DNA of 64,000 bases, taken from contig NC_087437.1 of the NCBI RefSeq assembly GCF_036321535.1, forward strand, positions 89,220,001-89,284,000, in the 5' to 3' direction. Below are positions 25,832 to 40,244 of this stretch, piece after piece. The stretch's first letter is position 1. The number at the start of each line of letters is the position of its first letter. The notes beneath the pieces are model-generated. The model did not search any database and had not been told where the DNA came from. It saw only the letters and a program-made list of their open reading frames with translations. Both the position numbers and the translations under genes were made by a program. The stretch is from Camelus dromedarius. Lineage: Eukaryota.

Positions 25832-27619
25832 GTAGCTAAAGAGAAAGAATCAGTGAGAAAACAGCCAAATTAATGGTTAAACATTACAGGAAAGACTTAG
25901 GCTCTTTCTAGAACCAAACATTTCCCTGGGTCAGTGGTACATATTTTGTTAATATTATAAGTATGTCCGTCCGTGTAACAATCCTTATTCCCATACTGAA
26001 AAGGTATTTGCATGAGTCCATTCCTTCTAACCAAATAAAATATTCCTGAGCAGCACCTCAATGTCAAGATGATAAAGACTAAGCTCGCAGCTAACTTGGC
26101 AATATTAGCTGTTTAATCTGGTCTATATATGTAATTCTAGAAATTGGATATCCACTTATAATTACCATTTTTTTTAATTTTGTCAACTTCACCAAAGAGA
26201 TTTTCTCTGTTAGTCCTGAAAGTTTGGATGCCAGTGAATTCAAATGTGGTCACAATCCACCTTCTGATTAAATTATTCATACACATAACAATTTTTTTTT
26301 CAATTTCATCTCTAATGTATGGAATAGAGATTTTGAGACCATAGCCTCCTAACTAATCCAAAATAATTGTACTGGATTATTTCTTTGGGGAATTTGGAGA
26401 ATTGCATTTTACCTGAGGTGGGTATAACTGTCACTGGAAATTAATTGACTTCAGCTGTAAAAACTTTTTCTTGTGAATTTTGTTTAAGTATAGCTGCTAA
26501 GAACTGATTATCTTAGGGTTTTTTGGCAACTAAGCTTTCTGAATCATAGGATGAGAAATCAAATCCTTGAAAAGAAGTGATCAGCCTGAGGCAGAATGTT
26601 ATTCCGAACAATCCATCACTATTCCTGACAAGCAACTATAATTTCATTCTATTTACAACAAAGTATTAATGTGCTAATAAGGCAGATTTTCAGATGCTTT
26701 GGTTTTTAATGTTTAACTAGATTCTTTGTTTACTACAGAGAAATTATTATAGATTCTACATACACCCGTATGCCTTTAAATTTTAAAAACCAGAATTGCA
26801 TTTAATTGCATGCTGGCATTGCATAGTATATTTGATGTTAATATTGCCAAATAAATGATTTTAGAGAATATTATAAACTAATTTTATAGTTTCTCTGGTC
26901 ATTATCTGTAACATTTTATGCTAGTGTATCATTATTTTATCCCCAAATGCAACTCTCCCATCATCAAGTCATAAGAGAAATCATATCTAAGCAGTGCCTG
27001 TGCTTTGCTCATCTGTGTCACATCCTTGCTTTATCTAAATTATACCATGAATTTTTACTATAAATTAATGTATCAGAATCTCTATTACTGCCTAGAGGGG
27101 TCAAACTTTCTTATAAGATATGTGAATATTATAATGTAGTTCCTTAATTTTTAGGGTGACCTACTTAAAAGTATCATTCTATGCAAATATGAATATTATA
27201 TACATATATATGAAGTTACAAACAATATATCTTGTAGCAAAGTGCAAAAATTTATAAAATATAGCCATTTACATCTCCTCTATATAGAATTCAGTAAAAA
27301 ATTAAATATTATAGAGAAAAAGATTTTTAATATAGGTCTAAGGCCACTTATGTTTTATACAAATAGAGCTTAAATTGATTAACTAATTTCACTAACTATG
27401 CTTATTCTTATGATGAAATGAAATCCTGTACTCTTAAATTTGTCACTTGACTACATGTACATTTATAGTGCCAATCCTGTATGTGCACATTTTAGACAGG
27501 AAATATTCTCATTCCTCCAGGAGATAATTCTTTACCATACTACTCTCTGTGAAAATTACTCTAATGTTTCCATATGAGTGACAAACTAAACTGTAGAGCA
27601 GCCAAAATTTTAATAAAGA

Positions 27620-28805
27620 GAAGTACAGAAAAAAGCTAAGAGTTCTACTGAGGTTGGAACAACTCTCAAAGTCTGATGTCAAAGACTTCCTTGCAAAGAG
27701 GCTAAGATTTAATTGGATCAAACTGTAAAACAATTAATGCCCCAGAGCATTATGGAAAATAACAGATAAATCAGCTGGGGATCAGTAGAGGGTAACATCT
27801 TGGTATGATGCAAGAGATTTAAGAGAGACCAGGGAAGAGGCAATCAGAGCCCTGCTAAAACTGTTGTCATCTGGGATAATTGTGAGCATGGTCAAGGCTG
27901 TGCCTTATGAGAGTGACATCAGAGGCTGCACACTAAGGGGGAAATTAACTTTCCTGAAATAGTCCAGCCAATTCACGACCAGCAAACAGTAACAACAAAA
28001 AGTTCTGGAGAGGGGGGCTGTATCAGTATCCAGAATTACATACTATGTTATCTGAAATATCCAGCTTTCAACAGTAATCACAAAAAATATGAATCATGCA
28101 AAGTGTGATCCAACACTAGGGGAAGAAAACACAACAGAAAAAATGCTTTCTGAGAGAGACTGGATGTCAGACTTAGCAGACTAAGACTTCAAAGCAACTA
28201 TTATAAATACATTTAGAAAACTAAAGCAAAAACCTAATAAATGAAGAGTTAGATGACAAGGTCTCATCAAATAGAGAATATCAATGAAGAGATAAAAGGT
28301 ATTAAAATGAGTCAAATGGAAATTCTGGAGGTGAAAAATACAATAACCAAAGTGAAAAATTTACTGAAGGATCTCAACAGTAGATCTGAGTTGGTAAAAT
28401 TTAAAAATAAGCTAGCTTGAAGATAGATTGGCATGTATTATGTAACATGAAGAACAGGAGAAAAACATATGGAGGAAAAATAAACAGGATCTTAGAGATC
28501 TGTGGGATACCATCCAGAATAGCAAAATACACATAATGAAGCATCAGAAGGAGAGGAATGAGAGAAATGAAGGGGAAAAAAAGGAGAAGAAAAAATTAAT
28601 GGCTGAAAATAGTCTTTTGTCAGATGATACCTGGACAACTAAATAGCCACATGCAAAAGAAACTGAACCCTTTCTATACAGCTTACAAACAATTAACTCC
28701 AAGTGGATCACAGAAGAAAACACAATAGTGAATATTTGTGACTGTGAGTTGGGAAAAGCTTCTTAGATATAGTACTGAAAGCACAAGCACAAAAGGCAAA
28801 ATAAA
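27620..28805 (+). mobile_element. Old L1 5'UTR/ORF1 plus short ORF2 piece
   Basis: taatgcccagagcattatggaaaataaca; gacttcaaagcaactattataaata; aaatggaaattctggaggtgaaaaatacaata; gacaactaaatagccacatgcaaaaga. Confidence 0.8.
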
Positions 28806-30224
28806 TACCAGAGGATAAGATGATATTTCTGAAGTATAACTTTGTTTCTTATTAAAAAGAAAAATACATAATATACCAGTTTACAGGTAACTGTAAGAGT
28901 CAATAATCTTCTTCCCTTGAATAATACATTTAAAATTAAAGTTCACTTAAAATTCAAAGTCATTAAAGGAGATTCAGAGTAAAAATAATTTTATTCTGCA
29001 AAAAGACAATACTTAGAAATACAACTCTATAAATCAATTGCCTACCTAGAATTAATTCTTTTGAATTATTTCAATTATCCCAAAAAAGGATTGGAATAGG
29101 ATTTAAATAAAACCAATGTATTATATTTCCACACCCACCAAAATAATTATCTAGTGATGGTGACAGTTTTTAGGATTCAATGTAAATTTGAATTAAATTT
29201 TAAAAAGAAGTGGTCTTCCAAATCTGTTTAATTAATCAAACTTTAGTGAATAATTAGTTCATTGTTAAAAGTAATGTGTCCTGAAATTTTAAGGGCAATA
29301 CAGTGTATAAAATTTATATAAATTGTCTAAACAGAAAACTACCCTTAAAATGTCTCATTAAAGTCAAAATTGTTCAAAGCCTAAATTTGAGTAACCGGAA
29401 AATAATATTCATCACTGAGTAATTAATATAAATGCTAATAAAATTAAATATATACAAAATATGATATTTATGTTTATTTTAAATATAAAATGTATATATT
29501 AAAATAATATTGGACAGAATTATCTAAACTTTGACTTTGACTTTTAAATGTTGTACATTAGAATAACATATGTTTTATATATCATACATCCACATTCCAA
29601 ACAGCCTTTTAAAAATTAAACGTATCTTTCCTCAATGGAAAAATAAATTAAACCATGTCATGTTAGTATTGCACATCACAACAATTTCAAATATCGTCAT
29701 CTTTGTCTTCAGTGCAGTATTTATACAGTTGTGTTTGGACATTGTTTTTAACCATAACTATTCAGTGATATTGATAGTAGTGATAAAAAAGAATAGGTAT
29801 GAAAATATTAACACAATAGATTATAACAAAGCTAATCAAAATACAGCTGAAAACTCAGTATCATCAGTGAGCATTAAAATTTCCTGACCGCAATATCTAA
29901 TATTTATAAAAGAAAATAAGCAAAATCCACAGACGAGTTGAAGATAAGAAAGGCATTCCCCCTTCTTTCTTAGACCTTTATTACTGTAGCAATATCTGTA
30001 TCAAAGGACAAACAAAACTCAGAAAATTAAAATGTGCTATTTTTATTGTTATGGAAATACCATCCCCTTTTATGAATTCTATACATTAAAAAATAAAGGT
30101 GAAAGTATACATTAAATTTTAAAAATGTATATATATATTTATTGAGAACAGATGCCCTCAAGCCTGTGAAACAAAAAGAAACATTATGGAAAATTAGATG
30201 TGATTTTCTTAAAAACACAGTGTA

Positions 30225-30420
30225 AGGTTTCTTCCACTGTCAGTCATGTCAGAGCAACTGATACTACACTCACCTCGTCATTGTGAGCAAACATAAACTG
30301 AATGAAATATACAAAGCATTTCCTTTTAGATGCTGGATGATACAGATCCAGGACTCTGATCCTTGAGGGAAAGATAACACAGAATTAGCTGAAGATCACC
30401 CTAGCTTTATTCTAGGAGTC
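30225..30420 (+). mobile_element. Old L1 extreme 5' end fragment
   Basis: ttcttccactgtcagtcatg..gagcaactgatactacactcacct resembles an L1MC/MD-type 5' start. Confidence 0.5.
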
Positions 30421-30521
30421 ATTTTTTAAAATTATTTAAACAATTTGTATTTTTCACCAAAGATAATCTGATGACATCTAAACATGCCTTTGATAAAATT
30501 CAAAAGATGGTTTTACAAGTT

Positions 30522-31003
30522 AAAATTTTTTGTCCAGCTTTATTGAGGAATAAGTCACAAATATAATTGTATTTAAGGTATACAATGTGATGATTTGATA
30601 TACATATACATTGTGAAATAATTATCAAGATCAAGATAATTAGTATATCCATGACCTCATATGGTTAACTTTTTTCTGTGTAATGAGGATGCTCACAATC
30701 TACTCTCAGCATATTTTAAGTATACAATGCGGTATTATTAACCTAGTCATCAAGCTGTACATTAGATTTTTAGAAATTATTCCTATTATAACTAAGTCTA
30801 TGTACCCTTTGACCTACATCTCCATATTTTCTCCTCCCCACCCTAGGCCCTGGCAACAACCATTCTAGTCTGTTTCTATGAAATTGTTTTGTTTGTTTGT
30901 TTTAAGATTCACATATAAGAGATACCATATAGTATTCATCTTTCTGTCTGGATTATTTTGCTTAGCATAATGCCCTTGATTTTCATGTGTTGTAACAAAT
31001 GGC
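30522..31003 (-). mobile_element. L1MA-type 3' end
   Basis: cagctttattgaggaataa...tttaaggtatacaatgtgatgatttgatatac...agattcacatataagagatacc. Confidence 0.9.
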
Positions 31004-31124
31004 CTGCAGAACAAGATGGTAGAGCCCAAGGAAGTCATGACTGTTTCTCTAAACAAGGAGGTAGTAAACAGAGGTGGCAAGAAAAGATAAGAGCTGTACA
31101 GGGAAGGAACCTCAAATTCTGTCT

Positions 31125-31425
31125 TTAAGAGCAAAAGCTGAGGTTTCCCAAAGAAAGATATCTGTGTCAAGACTGTGACATAGGAATCCTGCCTGAGTTT
31201 CCAGGCTGCTGGCCTGTCCAACAGATTTGAACCTTTGCCAGCCCTACAATAACAGGAGCCAACTCTTTAAAATCTCTATGTTTCTGTCTTTCTCTCTTTA
31301 TATATATATATATAACCCAATAGATATAACCCAATAACCCAATAGATATATATATAATCCAATAACCCAATAGATATATATATATCTTATTGATTCTGTT
31401 TCTCTGGAGAACCTTGACTGATACA
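31125..31425 (+). mobile_element. MLT2 LTR 3' part with an internal aacccaatagatata repeat
   Basis: cctgcctgagtttccaggctgctggcctg...tctgtttctctggagaaccttgactgataca. Confidence 0.85.
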
Positions 31426-32719
31426 AAGCTCTTATATATGTGGGAAAAATGCCACAAATGGTAAATATGAGGATAAATGTAAATGGTTTCTCCTGTCCTT
31501 ATGTATTTAAATTATATGCACTGTTGGCTAGTTCTATTTCAGTTTTAGCTGAGTAAGCTCCTAGAAGACTGACCCTCATCAGGTAACAAGTATAACTCTA
31601 AGCAAAACACCAAACAAACATAAATAACAAAAAAATAAGCTACCTAAAACCTTCAGAAAATGAAGAAAGCAGACGATTATAGACAGATGACAAAAGCTGG
31701 AAGTAGAGGTTACCATAGGATGAGTTCCTCATTTTTACCACTTTCAGCCCAAGGGTCAAAACTGGATTTAAAAAGCTGCAGTATTTATGATCTTAAAAAT
31801 CTGCAGAGTTCTAGGCAAAAACAGCAATTGTAGAATGTGGGATAATCATAATAAGATGTCACCTCACTGTGTAGGGATGGCTATTCTCAAAAAAACAATG
31901 TCATATTGATTATGTTAAAGACTTTGCAATCAATGGATTCTACTGTTTAAAAAGGATACTAATAGGTCTTGTTATGGCTTCTAAACTGACTCAGTTGGAA
32001 GTGGAGGAATTTCTTTTATAGTTAGGTGTGCACTGATGATACAGCTTCTCTACTGCTGGAAGACTGTTGTACATACATGTGCAAACTGTCTATGATATAG
32101 AAGCAGACACCCAACACTTTATTGATTTATGAAATGGATATTTACTAAGTAGCCATTAAAAACTTGATAAATAGCTAAAAATCAAAATACAAAGATCCAC
32201 AAAGCATATGCACTCTAAGAATCACCATCAATATTAAATAAAATAAAGCATGGAGACACTCTTTAGCATTGCAATTAACACCCCACATGTACTCAATTTA
32301 ATTACATACAAAACAAGAGTTTTTTTACTTCTTTTGATCATTTTAATAATTTGATGAAAGTTATACATTCATAAAATATGTATGTAGGCATACAATATTT
32401 TCTTTATAATTTTAGGGAATTCACAATCTTCTAAAGTTGTTTCGTAAGTCCAAGGCCTGGTTTAGGTGATTCTGATTACATGGGAGACATGTCAACAAGC
32501 AATGTATGTGTATGAACATGCTAAAGAAAGGGTGAATTGGGCCATTTTAAGGAAGCAGATAATTAAGAGAAATATCTTCACAAAGAGAGAGGTCACTGCT
32601 ACATGGATGGTCAAAATCAATTTCAATTTGCTTATTGCCAAGTCTGGATTAATTCATATAGAAAGTATTTTGTTTAACTTAAAACATGGAAGTTTTTGTT
32701 GCTGCAGGCTTTTTTTGAG

Positions 32720-32950
32720 AAACAGTGTAACATATTGGATTCTGGAGCAGACTCTTTTGGTTTTAAATCCTGGTTTTTAATAATTACTAGTTCCAAGTCC
32801 TGAGTTTTATTTTGTTTTGTTTCTGTAAAATGGGGCTAATAATAGCATCTACCTCTTGGTGATTTTTGAGGTTTAAGTTGGCTAATATCTGTAAAGAACT
32901 AAGAAGGATACATGGAAACACTAAAGGGTATATAAATAAATGTTAAATAG
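32720..32950 (+). mobile_element. MIR
   Basis: ggattctggagcagactc...ctgtaaaatggggctaataatagcatctacctc. Confidence 0.8.
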
Positions 32951-33394
32951 CATTTCACTGACTTTGGAACAATATAAGGAATTCTTGTGTTGTAAAGATA
33001 TCATTGAAGAGAGAGTGAAACGAACTGGGTAAAATTATTGAGAAAGGCAAGAGAATACATGGCAAATTTATTTCCAGATACTATTTTTATAGCCACAAAA
33101 AATTGTTTTAACAAGCAAAAGGAGGATTTTAGAAAATCTCTTTGTACTTAAATCCCTATGCTTTTACTTTCACAACTAATATCTGAACTGCTAAAAAACA
33201 CACATCTGTTTAGACTAGCTTGCTAGATGCCTTTTGTAATGTCTAAGTTATGAAAGGTACACAAGTGTAGGAAGTTTATTGCTAGACTATGGTAAGGCTA
33301 TAAGGAATCAACACAATGGAGTCTGGAAAAAGGAACAGAAAAGAAAAGTGAAAAAAAAGCAAGCATACAAAAAACAATACCCAAAAGATGAGCC

Positions 33395-36300
33395 TGGGAG
33401 GCAGAATCAATATGGTGGAGTGTGAGAACTCTGAGCTCACCTCTTCTGATGAACACATCAAAAGTACAGCTACGTGTAGAGCAACTTCTGCTGCCATCAA
33501 CCAGAAGACAAGCAAAATGGCTCTTCTACAACCAATACTGTAAAGAAAGCTCCACGCAGAATCTGGGAGGAAGACAGGAGAAGCAATTTAGTCAGGACTC
33601 ACACTGCTAGCAGATGACCCAGAAGAAGAGGGAGATAACACAAGCTTGGGGATCCTACATGAGGACTGAGGGGTTCAAGTCACCAATTACGCACATCAGT
33701 CCTGGGGTTGACCCTGGGAGGATATGAGCCTCTGGTTGGCTTCAAAATAGTCCCAGGGGACTACTGAATGGTTGTAAGAAACTGAGACTTCACTCTGAAG
33801 AGCATGTACACAGATTTCCTTACTCCCAGTTACAGCACAGAGGCAGGGGACTGAAAATTGTCTGGTGCTCTGGCTGGCTTTCCAGGACTGCTCTAGCTGC
33901 TGCCCACACTGGGCTCTTGTTCCAGCCCTTCTTACTCCAGAGTTTGATCCCCAATAAGATGGAAGCTTCCAATGCCAATGACAGTGTGCACACTAAGATG
34001 GAACAGAGCCAGCTCTGACTGCAGCCTTGCCTCTGACAGGCAGACAGCCATTGACAGCATGTTCCTCTGTCTGTACACTTGGGAAGGAGTGAAAACAGCA
34101 GAGTGGAAACCAACATTGCAGGCATGCAGGTCCACATGGAGACCTGGGAAGGAGCAGAACAAGTTCAGTAGTTCTAACACCATCTGACCAGAGCTAGCCT
34201 CTAGCTAAGGCTAGGTGACATGGTAAAACTAGCACAGAAGTGCAGCATCAAGCCCTCAGGAACCAACCATGCCCCAAACCAAGGCTGAGATTGTATCACA
34301 CCTGGGAGAAACCCATCTCCCTAAGGGCTTCTACTCTAGTTACTTGAGCTCCAGTCCCAACCCCAGTAAGACAGTGACTGTCATTGAGCATAGGAGAAGC
34401 CCCAGCTCACACCTGCCTGGCTCTGGCTTTAGCCACTCCAACTCTCAATAAAGCATTGGCTGCCAGCACACTCCAGGGGAAGATGTGGCCCATGCTCACT
34501 TCAGATCTAGCTCTCCCATCAAAGCCAATGGTCACATGCAGACTGCATAGGGACACTCCCACACAAGGACATGCCTTCAAGACTGGGGTAGATAACTGTT
34601 TCACTAATTTCATAGAGACTGAGAAAGTTAAATAAAATGAGAAGACAGAGGAATATGTTTCAAATGAAAGAACAAGAAAATCTAATGAAATAGAGATAAA
34701 TAATTTACCTGATAAAGAGTTCAAAGTAACAGTAATAAGAATGCTATCTGAACTTAGGAAAAGAATATACAAACATCATGAGAATTTCAATGAAGGATTA
34801 GAAGATATTTAAAAAAAAAACAGTCAGAGCTGAAGAATACAATAACTGAAATGAAAAATACTCTAGAAAGTATTAACCACAGATTAGAGGATATAGAGGA
34901 ATGCATAAGGACAACATCTTTGGGACAATACCAAGCATACTAATATTTGCATCAGAAAGGTCCCAGAAGAAGAAGAAAGACAAAAGTTTCTAAAGGTATT
35001 TAATGAAATTATGGCTAAAATTTTCTGAACCTGAAGAAGGAAACATATCCAGGTACAAGTATCACAGAGCATCTCAAACAAGATGAAATAATAAATGAAT
35101 TCAGTAGAGCTGCAGGATACAAGATTAATATACATGAATATGTTGCTTTTTTATATACCAATAATGAAATATTAGAAAAAGAAATCAAGATAACAATCTG
35201 ATTTAAAATCACAGCAAAAGGAATAAAATACCTAGGAATACCAAGGGGTGAAGTAATTCTTAAAAGTATAAGACTTCAATGAAGGACATTTAAGACAATA
35301 CAAATAAGTGGAAAGATATCCCATGTTCATGGATTGGGAGAATTATTATTGTTAAAAATGTCCATACTACCCAAAACAATCTACAGATTTAATGCAATTC
35401 CTATTAAATTATTCATGGCATTTTTCGCAAAACTAGAACAAGTATACCTAAAATATGTATGGAACCACAAAAGACCCTGAATAGCCAGAGCAATCTTGAG
35501 AAAAAATAACAAAGCTGGAGATATCCTCACACTCTGACTTGAGAATATATTATACAGTTAGAATAATCAAAACACTATGGTACTGGCACAAAAACAGACA
35601 CACAGATTAATGGAACAGAATAAAGAGCCCAGAAATAAACCCACCACATATGGTCAATTAATCTGTGACAAAGGAAGCAAAAAATATACAATGGGGAAAA
35701 AGCAGTCTCTTCAGTAGCAGTTCTGGGAAAACTAGACAGATACCTGTAAAAAAAATGAAATAAGAACATTTTTTCATACCATATCCAAAAATAAAGTCAA
35801 AATGAATTAAAGATCTATATAAATCACTAAAAACCATAAAACGCATAGAAGAAAATAGGCAGTACACTCTCTGACATAAGTTTTAGCAAAATGTTTTTTG
35901 GATCTGTCTCCTCAGGCAAGGCAAGCAAAAGCAAATATAAACATATGGGATCTAATAAAACTTAAAAACTTTTGCACAGCAAAGGAAACAATCAAGAAAA
36001 CAAAAAGTCAACATACTGAATGGGATAAGATATTTGCAAGTAATGTATCTGATAGGGGGCTAATATCCAAAATATATAAAGAGTTCATAAATCCAATGTC
36101 AAAAACTAAACAACCTGATTTTTAAAAATGAGCAGAATACCTAAATAGTCAATTCCCAAATACATATAGATAGCCAACAGATATGTGAAAAGATTATCAA
36201 CATCATTGATTATTAGAGAATTGCAAATCCAAAATACAATGAAATATCACCTCACACTTGTCAGAATGGCTATCACAAAGAAGACAACAAATAATGAATA

Positions 36301-37050
36301 AATGTTGTCAAGGATGGGGAGAAAAGGGAACCCTTGTACTTCTGATGGGAATATAAATTGGTACAGCCACTGTAGAAAACAGTATGGAGGTTCCTCAAAA
36401 AATTAAAAATAAAACTACCACATGATTCAGCAACTCCATCACTTTATATGTATCAGAAGAAAACAAAAACACTAATTTGAAAAGATAATGCACCCCAATG
36501 TTTATAGCAGCATTATTTACAATGGCCAAGATAAGAAAGCAACCTAAATTCCCATCAACAGATGATTGGATAAAGAGAATGTGGCGTGCAAATTCAGCCA
36601 TACAGAAGAATGAAATCTTGACATTTGCAATGACTTGTATGGACCTGGAGGGTATTATGGTTAGTGAGATAAGTGAGACAGAGATGATTGTATGTTTTCA
36701 TTTATATGTGGAATCTAAAAGATAAAACAAGTGAATGAATATAACAGAAATGAATAAAACAGAAACAGACTCCCTGATTCAGAGAACAAACTAGTATTTA
36801 CTAGTAGAGAGAAGGGTGGGGAGAGGGCAAGGTAGGTGAGGGGAATTAAGAGGTACAAACTACAGATATAAAATAAATAATACAAGAATATTATGTACAG
36901 CACAGGGAGTATAGCCAATATTTTACAGTAATTTTAAATGGAGTATAATCTATAAAAATATTGAATCACTATGTTATACACCTGAAGCTAATTTAATACT
37001 GTAAATCTACTATACTTCTATTTCAGAAACTACTCAAAAAAAAAAAAAAA
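33395..37050 (+). mobile_element. L1 with 5'UTR, partial ORF1, ORF2 3' half, 3'UTR and poly(A); internally deleted
   Basis: 5' start ggaggcagaatcaatatggtggag; ORF1 atgagaagacagaggaat at ~34637; ORF2 remnants (KANINIWDLIKLKNFCTAKETI; MFIAALFTMAKIRKQPKFPSTDDWIK); A15 at 37036-37050. Confidence 0.93.
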
Positions 37051-37239
37051 GGAACATGTAGGGATTCTCTGTTGCTCATATACAAAGCTGAGTGAAGGGA
37101 CAAGTACACCTGGTTATGGACAAATCAGAGTACAAAAGATCTGTTCTTCACAAAAACTTGAATTTCTAAACCATTCACACTGTGATTAAATGTCTCTATA
37201 TGTGGTCATTTTCTACACCCTAGTTGTTTTCTTTATATC

Positions 37240-37470
37240 TCTTTTGTTCAGCAAATGTTTATTGAGTACTTAATATCTACTAGGTGCTGAGGAAGAAGTA
37301 AGTATATAAAGATGCCTTGTACTCTGTCCCTGACCACAGATGCCTGTAGGCTAAAGGCGGAGAGGCTTGTAAAAGTATCTGTTGCAAAGCAAAAGTGTTA
37401 CAGCAAAGACATGGCAAATTGCCAAGGAAGACAGAAGGAACAAGTAAGTGATAGTCAGAAGCAGAATGAG
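37240..37470 (-). mobile_element. L2 3' end
   Basis: ttcagcaaatgtttattgagtacttaatatctactaggtgctgagga. Confidence 0.65.
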
Positions 37471-39619
37471 AAATAGGTTGCTGTCATTTATTATTCTTTG
37501 TTGAATTTTTTTCTAGCTAGGCAGAGTCTGCACTTTTCATTTTTATATCAATAATTTTTCCACTTTTATAACAATATTTCTTGTATTTTTAAAAGCATCT
37601 TCAGGATCTTATTCCAGAAACTTTTTTCATTATCCTCTTTAGAATTACTTATTTGCTAAATTTTTCTTTTATTTTAAAACAATACATGTGACTACTAATA
37701 GCTAAGGATTTTTCCTGATTTTTACATTACATTTGTTCCGCATTGGAAAAGAATTGATTTGAATAAAGTAGAAGAAGCCACAGATTTACCTCCAAATAAA
37801 ACATTGAATACGAATACTATAAGTCATAAAGTCACCTGAAGTAAAACATAATTTTGTAAGATGAGGCTCTAAATAGACCAGATGTCTCAAATGGGCTTTT
37901 TTAGATTAACACATTTGAATGCATCCCTCTCTGCAAGAAAAAATCTACAGTTTCATTCTTCACTATTGAAACAGCATTGGATACAAGAAAAGATAAGTTC
38001 AGGTAATAATAAAGGAAAAGATAATAATCTTTTTACATCTGAATCCTCCTGCTCTGTGAAGCTATAAATTATTCTATGCACACATACACAACAGACAAAA
38101 AAAATTTAAAAACTTAAATAGAATAAAGCAAAATTAACTTGTCTCTGTTCAGGCATACTCTCTGTGAAACCATTTTTTACACAGAAAAGACTACTTCCTT
38201 CAACATGGGCTGACTTATCCATGTTAGCTGTTTCTTACTTTGCCCATTTCAAAGTATGGATAAGAATTCTTAACTACTTCATACATATCATGAGGATTAA
38301 TGATTTTAAGAAGCTTTCAAGATGGAATTTCTTTCAAGTATAAAGCATCATTAATAATAAAGAAAAAGGAAATTAAACCTTAGCATAAATATCCTTGCAC
38401 ATGATGACAAATTGATGTCCTGATGAACATGATTGGCATTCCATACTCCTGACTGTAAGGCAGGTTTTGTAGCACAGCATTATAATTCTACCCAGGTACA
38501 CAGACAGGATTCATAACAAAACTTACGCATCCTTCACCTAAACATACACGCGTAGAACACAGGCGCACACACACAATCAAATCTCACATGCTCTCCACAA
38601 GCCTACCCAAGAGAGAATTTAATCTCACAAATGGATATAATTAATGTAAAAATGCTCCCACATCTTTAAAACTCAAAAACAAGATAAGGCAACCCCAAAT
38701 AATATACTTGCATTTGAGGAGTTATATCTCATATTTTAATGTTTCAGAAATCTTTGCGAGTTAACCTATAGTAAAGAACTGTTGTGTAAAATCATGAAGT
38801 GTTATGTCCTAAGATTATGGTATGTTAATTAAAATAAGAATTAAAAATTAATATCCTCAGAAAAACATGCATAACCATTTTGCTGATAAGAGAAACAGCT
38901 ATATTTTTCAAGTCAGGCCCAGTTCTGTGATCGCTTAAGTAAACAGTTTATAATTCTTGCCAACGTATAAGTGACAATCTAATATGCAAAGACATACACA
39001 TTTGTATGAGAAGCACAATTAATTTTGATATGTTTAAATAAGATGGTACTTCAGTCAAAACATATATTCCGAAACAATTCTCTGTGATGCTTGCGACTCA
39101 GAAGTTTAGAGATGATAACACTGATGAGAATGTGGGTAGTAAAATATCAAAACTGGCAGCACACAACTCCAATTTAGAAAAGAAATTAGATTTCCCTGCA
39201 AAATAGATTAGGAGAGGAAGTGGAGACAAAGTATATAGAACACGAAAACAATGCAAGCAACCCTTTAGAAACTGGCAGAAGGAGTTGCATTTCTGCTTAA
39301 TGAAGTGGATGATTTAGAGACTAACTCCTCAGGTTTTAAATGGGGGCAGTGAGGGTGGGGAGGAATGTAAACCAGTCAGTCAGCAACCTGCTTGGAGACT
39401 TTATTCACGCTCAGTATCACATACTTCCCTTGCATTTTGGTAGTTCTAGCCCTTCAAAATATTTAATCACCTGAAAATGGAGAACATTGTAGTTAAAAAT
39501 GTTTAAAGACATAGTTAACAGATAGTTGTTCAGTTGCTAAAAACGAAAACGACATGATAGTGGTAACTGAAATTGACCAGAGGAGGCAAAGTCTAACTCC
39601 TTCTCACATTTGTCATCAT

Positions 39620-40210
39620 CTGAAATATTCATTGAGTTCCTATTAGCTGCCAAGCCTCTTTCTAAGTGATGGGGATAAACTTCATGGGTCTGGCATTCTA
39701 GTGGAAGAAGATGAAAAACAGGAAAAAAAAAAAAAGAAGAAGAAGAAGGAAACAGCAAGGAAGTTAGACTGTTAGAGGGTGCTGTGCTGAGTATTATGGA
39801 AAGAATAAAACATGGGAGGGAGCTAGGAAGAGTCTGGGCTGGGGGTGAGGGTTGAAATACAAAGAAGTGGTCGGGGGAAAACTCACCACCAAGAAGTGAC
39901 ATGAATGAGGGAGACTTAAAGGAGAGGAGACAGGGGACAAGCATTGTGAGTATCTGGGGAAATCATTTCCAGATGGAACTTGCTAGTACAAAAGCCCGGA
40001 ACCAAAGTGTCTCAACTACTCCAGGAATGTCAAGGAGCAGTTGGAGGGCAGTGGGTGAGAGAGAGAGAGCGCAGGAGAGAGCAAGCAATAGGAAATGAAG
40101 ACAAAGGAAAAGACTCAGATTGGGTAGAGCCTTGTAGGCATTAGAAACCTTTGCTTTTACTCTGGGTGAAACAGGCGTTCACTGGATGCTTTTGGACGAA
40201 GTGGTATGGC
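39620..40210 (-). mobile_element. L2 fragment
   Basis: atattcattgagttcctattagctgccaag; gggtagagccttgtaggcatt...gcttttactctgggtgaaacagg. Confidence 0.75.
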
Positions 40211-40244
40211 TGAAGAAAGTATCGTATAAGAATATGTGTGTATT

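Noticed and set aside
35575..36918. Cluster of ORFs as a cellular gene
   Set aside because: These are fragments of L1 ORF2 or its antisense strand
33370..37065. TSD for the L1 at 33395-37050
   Set aside because: The flanks share only loose A-rich similarity, so no TSD can be called
39537..39944. 135-aa ORF, the longest in the track
   Set aside because: Low-complexity frame over an L2 and an A/GAA tract, with no recognisable domain
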